A stretch of DNA of 64,000 bases from an uncultured Methanosarcinaceae archaeon (GCA_963833425.1 CAWHXP010000004.1:21681-85680); one strand, 5' to 3'; counted from the first letter of the stretch, positions 13,249 through 25,442 are shown. Numbers and translations are program-made. Notes: generated by a model from the sequence alone, not told the origin.

Positions 13249-14298
13249 TTAATGTCCAGTTTTGAGTAACCTACAGATATTTTCTACTTCAGTTCTGAAA
13301 TTATCCTGGGAGATTCCATATCGGCCTGCAAGATGCATGGCACCACCGGCACCTGCTCCTTCCTTGATTGTGCCTGTCTCGTACCTTTGAAGCCCCTTTA
13401 AGGAGGACTTCCCGAAACCTGGATCAGCGACATAAACTGTAGGTACACCAAGAATTTTGGTGAGTTCAATAAAATTTGCAGATTTATCGTCTACTACGTA
13501 ACGGGTAGTAGCGATTGCAATTTTTTCAGTATTAAAATTCAAGTGTTTTATCAAGGCGTAAACTGCTACCATTTGAGTCCCACCAGCAAGAATAATACTT
13601 ATTTCTGTACCCTGAAAGCCTGCTACAAGGCCGATGACAGCAGGCATCATGGGATCCCCCATACAGGTAATGGCTTTCATAGGATCGTTTTTCAGACAAC
13701 CAAATCTAAGGCCTGATGCTTTCATGCCTTTTTCAACAACCTGTTTCTTGATCTCGATGGGGTTTTCATTTGAGCTGCTGCTAACATTTCCTTTATATCC
13801 TAAAGCCGTTAGAACTCCCATTGCAGTTGTTGTGCCCCCTGGGATGCTTTCTCCGATGATTACATAATCTATCTGATTTCGAAGTCTTCTGGATAGTAAT
13901 TTTGCCCTTTCAAAGATTTCTTGTGCACCTCTTACTGCGATCTGCTCGCGTATGTCTTCTCCAGGTTTCGCTTTCATATCCATACACGGGACATAGGGTG
14001 TTACAATGAGGCCAGAATTAATGAAATTGTATGGAACGCCTGTTAGCTCCAGTGCCGAACGAGTTATTATTGCAGGGGTAGGCGTGCCATATGGAGGAGT
14101 CATAGGGAGCACTGGCACGCTTATGATGTCTCCAGTTTCTATAAGTTCTGCATCACCTGCAGGTGTAAAGTCTGTAAGTTCAGCCGTATTCCCTGCGGCT
14201 GATATCTTCGGGATGTGCGCGGTTTTAGTATTTGACAGCACGCATAAAAACATAGGTTTTTGGGGTTTTTTGGTTATTTCCGGTTCTATCCAGGCCAT
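13249..14298 (-). CDS. cobT: Archaeal nicotinate-mononucleotide:base phosphoribosyltransferase (cobamide lower-ligand activation)
   Basis: [45 protein letters not shown]. Confidence 0.85.
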   Translation of the reverse strand: MAWIEPEITKKPQKPMFLCVLSNTKTAHIPKISAAGNTAELTDFTPAGDAELIETGDIISVPVLPMTPPYGTPTPAIITRSALELTGVPYNFINSGLIVTPYVPCMDMKAKPGEDIREQIAVRGAQEIFERAKLLSRRLRNQIDYVIIGESIPGGTTTAMGVLTALGYKGNVSSSSNENPIEIKKQVVEKGMKASGLRFGCLKNDPMKAITCMGDPMMPAVIGLVAGFQGTEISIILAGGTQMVAVYALIKHLNFNTEKIAIATTRYVVDDKSANFIELTKILGVPTVYVADPGFGKSSLKGLQRYETGTIKEGAGAGGAMHLAGRYGISQDNFRTEVENICRLLKTGH

Positions 14299-14753
14299 AT
14301 CATATCTCCTTCACGGGGTAACATGCAGATTAATCCCAAAAATATTTATCCCGGGATCGGATTTCGTAAGAATTCTGGATTTTTAGAGTTACCAATTCTG
14401 AAATAAAGACAACTTCTCTGGAATCCGATGAGAATTCTCCAACTTACTATTTAGTATTTATCCGCAAATGAACACAGAGGATTTTCGATAAATTTTTGAT
14501 TTCCAAGGGAATTTATATAGACCAAATATATGCATAGAACGAAATCTAGCAACTTATTATAATTTAACACAATGTTTCAAAAATTACAAAATAATTCGGT
14601 GTATTCTATCCATGATCTTGACATCATAATTCTACACCATTGAATTTTCTAGAGATGACTACAAAAAAAATGGAATTAAGATTTATAGCTGATGTTTTTT
14701 GTGGGTATCGAGAACAAAAATTGTAACCAAATAAGAATAGTCATTCATAACTA

Positions 14754-15953
14754 CTAAAAATCGGAACTAATGTCCATATTTGTAGGTTTATAGAACGGGG
14801 AAATGTCTCTCAGCTTTTCTACAGTTTCAGGTAGTATTTTGAGAACATAATCTATATCTGCTTCCGAGTTCGCATCCCCCAGGGTCAGGCGAAGAGATCC
14901 TTGAGCTATTTCCGGTGGCAAACCTATCGCCCTTAGCACGTGCGAGGTTTCAAGGGATCCGGAAGAGCAGGCACTGCCTGTGGAACTGTAGATACCCATC
15001 GCATCAAGCATAAGAAGCAAGGATTCCCCTTCAATGTATTCAAAACTGAAGTTGAGATTCCCAGGAAGGCGCTTATCCGGATGCCCGTTCAACCTGCAGC
15101 TGGAAATCTCTAGGATTCCAGATGACAGACGGTCTCTCATTTTTTTGATCTTTTCATTGTGATCTTCAATATTTGTTGTTGCAAGTTCAATTGCTTTTCC
15201 AGTACCTACTATGCCTGCTACATTCTCAGTCCCTGCTCTTTTTCCTCGCTCCTGTCCACCTCCATGAATGTAATTATCTATCTCAGTTCCGTTTTTGAGA
15301 TAAAGGGCTCCAACTCCTTTTGGTCCGTAAAATTTATGAGAGGACAAAGAGAGCATGTCCATGTTTCTGTGCTTATGTTTCATATCAAGGGGTACACTCC
15401 CAATAACTTGCACTGCATCGCTATGGAATAAAATATCATTCTCCTTTGCAATCGCACCTATTTCTTGAATCGGTTCTATGGTTCCAATTTCATTATTTGC
15501 ATACATGACCGAGATAAGAACAGTATCCTTCTTGATCGCAGCTCCCACCTTTTCAGGGTCTACAAGCCCGTAGCTGTCTACTGGTAGGTAGGTTACGTCG
15601 AAACCCTGTGTTACCAAATACTCACAGGAATGAAGCATCGCATGATGTTCGATTGTTGTAGTGATTATATGCTTCCCTTTCTTTCGCTTGGAAAAGGCGG
15701 TTCCCTTAACAGCCCAATTATCGGATTCGGTTCCTCCTGAAGTGAAATATATCTCTTCAGGTTTAGCTCCTAGGGCTTTTGCGAGCTGCTCGCGAGCTTT
15801 TTCAACTGCTTCTTTTCCCTCTCTGCCTATTGAATATATTGAAGAAGGATTTCCAAAACGTTCCTTCAAAAAAGGTAGCATAGATTCAGCCACCTCAGGT
15901 TTTGTGAAAGTTGTGGCTGCGTGATCCATATAAACAAAGCGCTTTTCTCTCAT
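14754..15953 (-). CDS. iscS: Cysteine desulfurase (NifS/IscS)
   Basis: YMDHAATT, GNPSS, FTSGGTESDN, SSHKFYGPKG (PLP Lys), GSACSSG (catalytic Cys). Confidence 0.95.
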   Translation of the reverse strand: MREKRFVYMDHAATTFTKPEVAESMLPFLKERFGNPSSIYSIGREGKEAVEKAREQLAKALGAKPEEIYFTSGGTESDNWAVKGTAFSKRKKGKHIITTTIEHHAMLHSCEYLVTQGFDVTYLPVDSYGLVDPEKVGAAIKKDTVLISVMYANNEIGTIEPIQEIGAIAKENDILFHSDAVQVIGSVPLDMKHKHRNMDMLSLSSHKFYGPKGVGALYLKNGTEIDNYIHGGGQERGKRAGTENVAGIVGTGKAIELATTNIEDHNEKIKKMRDRLSSGILEISSCRLNGHPDKRLPGNLNFSFEYIEGESLLLMLDAMGIYSSTGSACSSGSLETSHVLRAIGLPPEIAQGSLRLTLGDANSEADIDYVLKILPETVEKLRDISPFYKPTNMDISSDF

Positions 15954-16564
15954 CAGAACACCCTATGAAATTAATGGCTTGCGCAATACGAATCTATTGT
16001 GCAATATTTCTTTTTCCTGAATTACTTTTAAATAGAGTTTCTCAATGGCTACTTAATCTTAAATCTCTGTCAAAAATCCATATTGATATTATTTGAAATT
16101 AGTGTTAACTTCATATGCAACTGGTCTTTTTATATTCTTTTCTCGTTGCTTATTTTGAAATTCTCAAATAAATTTTCTAAATTGGATGTATGATCAAGAG
16201 AAATCGTATAGCACCAGTTGGAAAATCGGAGTTATCTAGGCAAAGCCATTATACTTTTATTGTAGGACTTAATTAATTATTCATATTTATAAAAAACATA
16301 ATTATTTTTTATATGGATATTTTTTTGATCAAGTCGTCTAGGCTGTACTACTGCAGAAAGCATGAAAAAATGAAGAAGAGGTAAAAAGATTCCTTTTCTT
16401 TCATTTTTTTCCCCCTGCGCTTTACTACTTTCCAGTTTGCATTTATGATTAGCAGAGAGATACATTGTTAGACGATAAATATGTTTATCCAAGTTTTTGA
16501 AATGTTAATTTTTATTGTGAGGACTCTAATACAAAGAATCCTGTAGAAGTTTATCTTCAGGCAC

Positions 16565-16670
16565 GAGACTTCAATTGTTTGAACCAATACAGGAGCTGCT
16601 CGAGATGATTTAAGTAAATAGGATGAAGCAATACAAATCTGTGTCAAAGTAATTGAAATTGACCACAATT
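16565..16670 (+). pseudogene. Relic TPR repeat
   Basis: Reads SIV*TNTGAARDDLSK*DEAIQICVKVIEIDH, matching the TPR consensus of the neighbouring gene. Confidence 0.5.
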
Positions 16671-17329
16671 GTTTAACTTTTTGGTTTAATTGTGTATGTA
16701 TTTATTCTCTCAGGAATACTAAGGATCGATAAACTTTAATTTAAAAAACCCATCTAATTTTATTCATTGGTAAACACACCACAAAAAAAAATGGTGATTT
16801 TCTAGGAATGTTAACGAATGAACAATTTAAGAAATTATAAATAAAAATAAAGAATAAATTCAACTATTTACACTTAAGACACTCGGAATTCCATGGTCAC
16901 AAAAAAATTGAACTATATGGAAAAACTTTTTATTTAGTACTTTTTGTATCTTCTATGCTTCATTTTCAAGTTTAAAATCCGAAAGAAAATTTTGACATTT
17001 CACAGATCCATTTTCCTCATCTGATAAAGTAGTGATTGATATAATCATAATACACATATTGTTTTTATTGTCAAAATCTGTGCTTTTCTTATTTTTCTGC
17101 TGAAATAATTGGATTTTTTACCTGATTGTACAGAAAATAAGTAGTTTTTATTAAAAATGTATTATGTAAAATCCAAAAAGTTGTTATTTTACCTCGTGAA
17201 AGATAAAAATAAATTAAAATTGTGCAACTATTCAACTTGCAAATTGGTTTTATTCAATCTATTTAGATTAAGTTTTTTTAGTGGACCAGTCGCCTGTTAT
17301 CCGATTTATTTTATTTGAATAAATTATTT

Positions 17330-18175
17330 TTATTGTGCCAAGCTTCTTTGTTGTGGGTTAGTTTCAGTTGCCTTCATAAACGCTTTCATTGCTTCATCGA
17401 ACCTGCGTAATTTAGCCAGAGCTAGGCCTTTACTGTACCAAGCTTGTGAATTATGAGGGTCGCTTTCAATTGCTTTGTCATATGCTTCCATCGCTTCGTC
17501 TGACTTACCTAATTTATTAAAAGTAACTGCTTTATCGTACCAAGCTTCTGAATTCTGCGGATTAATTTTAATAACTTTGTCATATGCTTGTATTGCTTCA
17601 TAGGGCTTGCCTAATTTCCCTAAAGCAACGCCTTTTCCGTTCCAAGCATCGGAGTTCTGTGGGTTGATTTCAATTGCTTTGTCATATGCTTTAACTGCTT
17701 CATCTAACTTGCCTATTTTATCTAAAGTTACACCTTTATTGTTCCAAGCATTTGAATTCTGCGGTTTGATTTCAATTGCTTTGTCATATGCTTCTATGGC
17801 TTCAGTATACTTACCTAATTTGCTTAAAATGTTCCCCTTTTTGTACCAAGCATATGATTTCTGCGGGTTAATCTCAATTGCTTTGTCAAATGCTTTTACT
17901 GCTTCATCTAACTTGTCTAATTTAGCTAGAGCAAGTCCTTTATTGTACCAACCATCTGAATTCCGTGGGTTAATTTCAATTGCTTTTTCATACGCTTTTA
18001 TGGCTTCATCGTACTTTTCTGAGCTCATTAGCTCGCTTCCTTTATGGTACCAAACATTTGTAGATTGTGCCGCGCTTGCAATACTCACTAGCATCAATAG
18101 CGCCAGTGCGGTGATACCTAGAGTTGTTATGATCGTATGTTTTCTACTTGCTTTATTACATTTAGTTTCGTTCAT
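17330..18175 (-). CDS. Secreted/surface TPR-repeat protein (7 TPRs)
   Basis: Signal-peptide-like LGITALALLMLVSIASA followed by seven ~34-aa WxxKG...EAxxAYDKAIEINP repeats. Probable start is ATG 18175 with aagagga upstream. Confidence 0.9.
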   Translation of the reverse strand: MNETKCNKASRKHTIITTLGITALALLMLVSIASAAQSTNVWYHKGSELMSSEKYDEAIKAYEKAIEINPRNSDGWYNKGLALAKLDKLDEAVKAFDKAIEINPQKSYAWYKKGNILSKLGKYTEAIEAYDKAIEIKPQNSNAWNNKGVTLDKIGKLDEAVKAYDKAIEINPQNSDAWNGKGVALGKLGKPYEAIQAYDKVIKINPQNSEAWYDKAVTFNKLGKSDEAMEAYDKAIESDPHNSQAWYSKGLALAKLRRFDEAMKAFMKATETNPQQRSLAQ

Positions 18176-18214
18176 TTTAATCCTCTTGATATGAATTTGA
18201 ATATTCAAAACGGG

Positions 18215-18320
18215 GTTTTTAAATGCTTTTATGGCTTCATTTACTTACTTTGTTTGTTTAGTGTGTCCCTTTTATTGTACCAGCTATTTAATTCTACGGT
18301 TTAATTTCAATTTTTTTGTT
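18215..18320 (-). pseudogene. Orphan decayed TPR unit upstream of the TPR gene
   Basis: Reverse strand reads aaattgaaattaaaccg...gctggtacaataaaagggac...aatgaagccataaaagcattt (IEIKP..WYNK..NEAIKAF). Confidence 0.55.
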
Positions 18321-18689
18321 AAATATTGATGTTAATTCATCGGATTTGGTTCTTCTTGATTGCAATCCGATCTCCCGGGCATTGGCCAAAAAATGCGTGA
18401 GACTTGCCATTTGATCAGTAGTTTGTTCGCTTGGACGAAAGTTCCCCGCAGGGAGAACTTCATTGAAGGAGAAGCTCTTGCATTCATCCGTACCCGTTGT
18501 CTTTAATCATAATTACGTTTTAATGTTATTTATAACTTCATAAATTAATTAATTTATGTGAAGAGTTAACGTCTACATCACATTTAATCGGATTGACGAA
18601 TATCCTCATTCAGACAGAATGATCGTCGAGTTTTTTAAATTGGTAACCTGGATAAAAGAGTTAAAATAAATGTTGATAAACACAAATTG

Positions 18690-18990
18690 TGTTCAATAAC
18701 TTTAGTTTCAATAGCATGATTTTAATGTTGGTATTACTACGGTTGCATCTCCATATGTATATATTCCAAACTTTAGCAGCAACAATGTTTTTGTAAATGA
18801 CTCAACATCAAATTGAGTTACAGCCTCAGTAAATTAGGACCATGGCTTTATAAAGTTACAGTAACCCCGGATGAAACGAAAGTATGTTTTTCGAATTGAA
18901 CTGCAACATTATCTCTGTAATTAACACAAAAAAATAACACTGTTGTGTCCAAAGTTTTTTAGAAAGCAACCTTGATGGAGTTGCAAAATC
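18690..18990 (+). pseudogene. Decayed YVTN beta-propeller surface protein gene
   Basis: Fragments VASPYVYIPNFSSNNVFVNDSTSN*VTASV, KVTVTPDETKV, IISVINT..NNTVV, DGVA. Confidence 0.65.
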
Positions 18991-20323
18991 AGTAATATTT
19001 TTACTCTAATTTAAGTTATTTATATTTTTATAAAATTAGCTTTCTGATTTTAACAATCTGAAATAAAAAGCAGATCATTTTGCCAGTCAGTGATTACTTT
19101 GATAGCTTTCGTGTTTCCTCGGTATAACCTTTCTTTGTTCATGTGCCTGTAAACTCAATCATTCCGCTTCATCTGAAATATGCTACTCGTGACCGATTAA
19201 ATGCCTTTAAATGTAAAAAGTATTGAACCCCCGTGATGTTCATCGAAGGATCTAGGTTTATTCCAATTTCCTCTTACAACCCTTATTTTTTGAAAAACCG
19301 ATAAATTTAGCGACTTCAGAAATAATTTTGTGTGTCTAACTTCTTCCTATTTACATAGAATGAGAATCTTAGTTTCGGCTTATCATTGTCTTATTCCTTG
19401 TTTATTTAAGATAACGAGGCAGTGAATCCAAATCTGAAGAGGGAGCATCCTACTTCATAATCATGAAAATAAAACAACATTTCGTATTGGACTTGTAAAC
19501 AAAAAATTGTTAAAAATGAAGATGAATATTGTGCTTGGGAAATCAGTTTCATTATTTCTTATGTTAATTAATCTAACGTTCAGTGAATAATAGCGTCAGG
19601 TAGGCAAAAAAGTAGGCATATTCTACTATAGGCTGTTATACATTTCTATATCGAAAAGATATTTAGAATAATAGTAAGCTGGCGTAAAAATAAACTTATG
19701 AAGCGATGGGAAATACTTGGTTTCGGATAATTCCTTTATGTAGAAGTGGTGCTAATATATCTAATGCTCACAGAGGAGTTTGATATCAAAATTGTAATTC
19801 TCTTCATCCATATTTTTTAACTTTTTTTTGGCAATATTTGACACACAGGAAAACTAAATTTTCAAAATTTCGGTTTATTTTTCTTCTTGAAGAGCTGCGG
19901 CAAGTACTCTAAGAGGGAGATTTAGTGTGTAAAATTTACATTGTATGGTGTGACAAATTGTTATGATGCAGGAACCTATGAACAAGCGAGACTAATTTTC
20001 ACCTTATGGAAGTGTTTTTTGAAATGAGAATGATAACTTATAAAAAATATATCAACTTTGTTCAAAATTATAAGGTATTTTCCTGGGCTCTTTATCCCAA
20101 AAGCATAAGTTCAACCGTTTTTATCAAAGGTTCTGCTAATTCAATTACTTTTCAGTCATTACTCTGCTGCCAAGTTGGTTACAATAGATTTAAATAACTG
20201 TCATTCCTATTAATTTTTGGGAGTTTATTTTGTAAGGCATATTAACAGTGTTGATTTCATTTGGTTTGTAATCCTTTGAGATAGATAAATTAATTCTGGA
20301 ATCAAATTAAGAGGTAATTCTAA

Positions 20324-21289
20324 ATGAGTGACGAGATGCTTACCACGAAATGCTTAAATATACAAAAAAATAAGGGGAATCGGAGGGCAACCTCTCAAGT
20401 AATAACTATAATACTTCCAGCTTGCGATGCAGAAGAGTCAATTGGAAGTCTCATTTTGCTCACTAGACTTTATGCTGACAACGTGATCGTTGTTGATGAC
20501 GGGAGTGTCGATCGAACAGCAGAGGTCGCCAAAAAAGCCGGAGCTAATGTTATTGCTCATGGGGAAAGGAAAGGAAAACGTGAGGCTCTTAAGACCGGCT
20601 TTAAAGCAGCATCTAACACTGGAGCTGACATTATTGTAACTATGAATTCAAATTGGCAGCACAACCCTGCTGACATTCTTATGCTTGTTGAGCCAATTAT
20701 TGAAGGCAAAGCTGAAATGGTTACTAGTAGTCGGTGTCTAAATGGTATAAGCAAAACCGCTTCTATATACTGCCATATGGATCATACTCTTCAAAATACT
20801 ACTGCTCAAATCAATTCGGACCTTACGATCACTGATCAATATAGTGGCTTTCGAGCTTTCTCAGCCTCTTCAAAAAATATTTTCCGCTTTGATTCTCAAG
20901 ACATGGCTATCGAGCGCGAAATGCTTGCAGAAGCGGGAAAAGCTGGCATCTCCATAAAAGAAGTTGAAATTGGCGTATGTCACGATTTTGAAGGTCCTCT
21001 CAGAAATCCGATTAAGCGCATTGTGAGATTCTTAAAAACTGTAGTAGAGGATATAGAGGCAAATAAATTACTGTATTACAATTCAGTGCCAGGTTTTGCT
21101 CTTGCAACATGCAGCTTTTACATGGCCTTCAAGTTTCTAGAAGCTTATTTTCTTGGAATAGGTAGTTTGAGGGTCGGTCCTATGGTCCTGATGAGTTTAT
21201 TGGCTATTTTTGGAATATATATGACCTTAAGAGGGATTATTATGCATTCTTTAGTAGGAATGAGAATGCAAACCGAATCAGCTCAATAA
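20324..21289 (+). CDS. Glycosyltransferase family 2 (dolichol-phosphate mannosyltransferase-like) with C-terminal TM helices; DxD motif degenerate
   Basis: IILPA, IVVDDGSVDRT, GKREALKTG, SGFRAF. The expected DxDGQH reads NSNWQH. Confidence 0.85.
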   Translation: MSDEMLTTKCLNIQKNKGNRRATSQVITIILPACDAEESIGSLILLTRLYADNVIVVDDGSVDRTAEVAKKAGANVIAHGERKGKREALKTGFKAASNTGADIIVTMNSNWQHNPADILMLVEPIIEGKAEMVTSSRCLNGISKTASIYCHMDHTLQNTTAQINSDLTITDQYSGFRAFSASSKNIFRFDSQDMAIEREMLAEAGKAGISIKEVEIGVCHDFEGPLRNPIKRIVRFLKTVVEDIEANKLLYYNSVPGFALATCSFYMAFKFLEAYFLGIGSLRVGPMVLMSLLAIFGIYMTLRGIIMHSLVGMRMQTESAQ

Positions 21290-22719
21290 TATATTTTTGT
21301 AAACTTGATATTTGAAACTATTATCTCCGAAAAAATTGAGAAGCATAGCTAACAGCCAGAAAATAAGCGAGTTCATACTTCGTAAATCGGCTCCGATACT
21401 CCGTAGAATTCCACCAATTTTTTACGATTACTTTTGGATCTCCTTTTCTTACTGCAACTTTTTCAAAATAGTTCTTACTTTTGCTTCAAGTTGCTTTTTC
21501 TGCAAAGATTCCGATAACTAAAAGTGATTAATGCTACTCAATTTTACGATTTGTGTCTCATATTGTCTTTTCAGGCATCCATATGTTAGACTTTTTCTTA
21601 TCAAATTTTTTAATTAACATCGTCACATGTATTCCTTTTCATGAATTAAGGTACTTATCTTCTTTTTTTGCAAAAGTCCAATCCAATTTGCCTATTAGAT
21701 CATAGTCAAAAATGATGAGGAAGCCCTTTAAATGTCAATTTTTTACCCAATTATAACGTCAAAAAAGCTGTAAATCGAGAAATTTACCTCTATTCAATGT
21801 AACTCAACTAGATGTTTCTGTTGGTCTCTTGAGTTCATTCACTCCAACTGTTTTTATTGACTATTAGGTCTATGATCTCCACCGTGTTCCTGGTCCAAGT
21901 CTAGATTCAGTGTGTTGATTAACTATACTTGTCCAATCCAAATTTGGACCAATTTTCTCATGACATGAACAGAGGAAAATTGCTCAGAATATTTTGTATT
22001 TTTTTGCCCCATGATTTCAATAGTCAGTAAAAGGCTCTTTATAGATTTTTCAATTTTTATGATGTCTATAATTTCTTCTTATTTAGCTATTTGTCAGCTC
22101 AGTGATATCGAAATTATCTGCGAGTTTAGAGCTCACTAGCCTTTCGATAGATTATTGAGATCCACCTACTCTCCTTCCTACTTGCTAAAAATCTCACAAA
22201 ATTTAAGTTTTTCATAAGACGATTGATAACAAAAATTAATTTGATAGAAACGTATATATTTTTGTTAGGAATTTAAGGGAATGCTTTATTTATTTTGTTT
22301 TTACTCTTCGGAAGAAATATAACAAAAGAGGTATGCTTATTTCTACTCAAATGTCAAATCGAATAGAAAAAGAGGAATCAGTTATAAAATGATGACAAAT
22401 GTGAAGCTGTTAATGAAATTATTTTGTACAGTGCTCCAAAGGTTCCGAAAATACCTGAATAATTAAGATAATTCTTTATACGTTTGTCTTGAAATACATT
22501 TTCTTTTTTGGTAAGTGACAGAAATCCCTACACCTAAGCAGTTTATTACCAAAAAATATATAAAGTTTACAGGACATAAAATAGTGTTGGACAGTCTGTA
22601 AAAAATTAGTGTGAAATGAGGGATAAGTTAATAATTCCCAATTTCTTACTTTTTTTTTGTTGAGCTTTAGGGTCTAAGTTAAGGAAAAAAATTCGAAATG
22701 CTATCTAAATATATTTAAT

Positions 22720-23070
22720 ATGGGTTTAAAAAGTGATAGTTTGGTGGTAATATTGGGAGACATTACTAAACAAGCAAAAGTCCCCAGAAAAATATTTGAG
22801 CCTACTAGCAAAATAGTAAAAGCTGGTATATATAAAGACGAAAGAGAAGTATTACACTGGCTTTTGCAGAATCAGGCTGAGCAAAAGATTAATTACTATG
22901 GCAAAAAAATAGCCGAAATGAAGCAAAAATACGATATGGATTTTTCGGCTTTTGAGAACCGAGTCTACTTGGGGGCGGTGGAAGAAGATTTTGAAGAATT
23001 AGATGATTTTACACTTTGGGAAGGTTATGTAAAAGCATACAAATACTGGAAACAGTATTTACAATCATAA
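22720..23070 (+). CDS. Hypothetical protein, possibly antitoxin-like
   Basis: 116-aa ORF with protein-like composition (IVKAGIYKDERE...KYDMDFSAFE...DFTLWE). No partner gene is visible. Confidence 0.55.
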   Translation: MGLKSDSLVVILGDITKQAKVPRKIFEPTSKIVKAGIYKDEREVLHWLLQNQAEQKINYYGKKIAEMKQKYDMDFSAFENRVYLGAVEEDFEELDDFTLWEGYVKAYKYWKQYLQS

Positions 23071-23499
23071 GTATCTCATTTTTTCATTTTCGTAATCTTC
23101 ACTCTAGCTTAGAATTCCAGAGGATTTCGAATAACTTCTATGCATTTGAGCGTTTAAATATTTTAGCAGTAATTTTTACTGACTAAACATCTTACTGATT
23201 TTGCTTTAAAAAATAAAAACTTCTTCAACAAGTTGAAGACAAACTTGGTTAAATTGGTTCCGTAAGTGATTGAAATTTTTTTCGTATCATCTTTGAGCTT
23301 ATATATTTTAACAAAATATTTTTTGAGGCAGATCTTAAGATGATGTAGTCTTTATGTTTAAAATGCTTTTTTTACAGCAATGTATTATCTTTCGGACTTT
23401 AACTTGAGAAGCAATAGATAGATTGAATTTTCTAGGAAATTTCTTGTTTTCCTGAGCACATACCAGACAAAATACAGTCTTACTTCCGTAAAAAATTAT

Positions 23500-24215
23500 T
23501 GATTACTCTAAGAATAATAAATATAGAGACAATTTCGAAACAAAATTAATTTCCCTGATTTGAAAATGAAAGCGAGAATTATTCTGCAGGCTACTTTTAT
23601 TTGTTCAAATCCTAGACATGCAAAAATGATAAACCTCACAAAATGGAGTAATAAAAGAGCATTAGGGGCGAAACCTGAACAAAAAGAGCGGTGATTCAAG
23701 CTCTGGATGTGAAATTCATAACATAATAAACATAAATTATAAGCTAATCAGAAGGTTCAAATAGAAACTTTATCACTTCATTATTCGATTTTAGATTTCT
23801 CTGAAAAAAATCAAGTTATTTACATAGACAGAGAATACTTTTGAGCAAAATCAACATGTTATAATGTAAAATGAAAATAGCAATAAAAGAATATTTTCTG
23901 GGATAAGAGGCGTATTAAGGATAGAGAATTATGCTCAATAAATATCATGGGATGGAGTTTATGCATTAATTAAAAAAATATTAAAGTAAGAAAAATTTTT
24001 GTCATTAATATTCAAAGAGTGAATCTAAAGATGTTGTGTCAAGCTTTTTGTTATAATTTCTAACAGTTGATGACCTTCCAGATAAAAGGAGTATTTTAAT
24101 GATGGAGGGAGAATCTTTAAAATCAAAGAATACTAGGCAAGAAAAAATAAAATAAGATCAAACACAGAAATAAGCGGGACAAATTTTGGACAGGATTCCT
24201 TCGAGAAAAGAATAC
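23500..24215 (+). mobile_element. Highly degraded IS5-family transposase remnant
   Basis: Nucleotide similarity by eye to 27030-27700 (ctaatcagaaggttcaaa, gacagagaatactttt, aaagagtgaatctaaagatgttgtg, gctttttgttataat). Confidence 0.7.
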
Positions 24216-24664
24216 TAGATTAATCTTAGTCCTCTATACTTAGGTTCTTTGACCTGCTCAAGTTAACAGGCTCCAAACTTTTGATAGCAATAAATTTGTT
24301 CAATTAGCTTTATTCAGTCCTAAATATTTTTTAGCTGACCCGTATTTGCACCCATAAGAGGCTGTTAATTGTCTTCAGCGTGTTCTTTTCACTATCAATT
24401 AAATTCGGTGAGATGATATCTCTTGATTCATCTATGTTGAATGTCTCGTCTCAATTCGTAGTCCGAGAAATGATCCGTCGAATATTCTACCGTTGATCTT
24501 CGAAGTAGAACTGGATTCAACCTAAATTATTTAATGCGAACGATTTCCCGGGGGAAATACCGTTTTTCTCTTACCGATATACATTTATACTACACATTCA
24601 ATTACAATAGTTGAAGATGTCAGAAAAGACAAAAAGTAGCACCCAAAAATATAGTCTTCTCTGC

Positions 24665-24739
24665 GGGGCCGTAGGGTAGCTTGGTCCATCCTGCAAGACT
24701 GGGGGTCTTGCGACTTGAGTTCGAATCTCAACGGCCCCA
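24665..24739 (+). tRNA. tRNA-Pro (GGG)
   Basis: Acceptor stem GGGGCCG/CGGCCCC plus discriminator A, anticodon arm CAAGA-CTGGGGG-TCTTG, T-arm TTGAG-TTCGAAT-CTCAA. CCA is not encoded. Confidence 0.95.
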
Positions 24740-25307
24740 TCAAAATTTTAATTTAGTTGTTAGATATTTTTCATGGATTTACACTTGTTACAAGTCAAAA
24801 AGAAAATTTTGATTAATTTCTAAATTTCATCAGATTCGTATAATAGCGCATAAATTATTCGTTTAAATTAGCTAGAATTTAGATGAACCTCTGAGTTTCA
24901 CTTATTATATGCGCTCTCTATAGACATACCATGAAAGATGGAAGTCAATAGGAATTCTCTTCTGTCCAACTTTGTGGTTAATCAAATCTTGGCTGCCCTA
25001 TAACACTTAAGAGGCTTTTTGGTTATATCTACAGTCGCATAGTGTCTATTTTAATTAGTTCTCTAGTTTTGAATGTGTCTTTTTCACAAACCCCATTAAG
25101 AAGTTACAGCATCCTGTTAGTGTTTGATATTCTTCATGGAAACTGACGATGAGCTAGAGATTTTCATCTCATGGGAAACTAATAAATACTTTTGAAACTG
25201 AAATGATTGATTAAGCGAATATCTATCGAGGTACTATTTATTGAGATACCTTACTGCAATCTTGCTTGCTAGATATTGCAATTACTAAAATTTATGAAGG
25301 TATGTAC

Positions 25308-25442
25308 ATGGCAATGTCGAAAAAAGATATGGATAAGAAAAAGAACGCTAAGAAGGAAAAAATGGAAGAGCTGGAAAAAATGGCTTCTTCAGGAAGCAAA
25401 GACGCCAAAAAGAAGCTTATAAAGGAAAAGAAAAAAAAATAA
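25308..25442 (+). CDS. 44-aa lysine-rich small protein
   Basis: MAMSKKDMDKKKNAKKEKMEELEKMASSGSKDAKKKLIKEKKKK with gaaggt upstream. It is below the 60-aa ORF-track cutoff. Confidence 0.6.
   Translation: MAMSKKDMDKKKNAKKEKMEELEKMASSGSKDAKKKLIKEKKKK

Noticed and set aside
17330..18060. Regular ~102-bp repeats (caattgctttgtcatatgct) resembling a CRISPR array
   Set aside because: They are the coding periodicity of 34-aa TPR units within one ORF, with no unique spacers and no cas genes.
21300..22250. Probable further relics here and at ~19100-19950, 31000-31500, 32650-33100, 47800-48450, 50000-50750 and 55600-56300
   Set aside because: Coding-like texture but no motif I can support without a database search.
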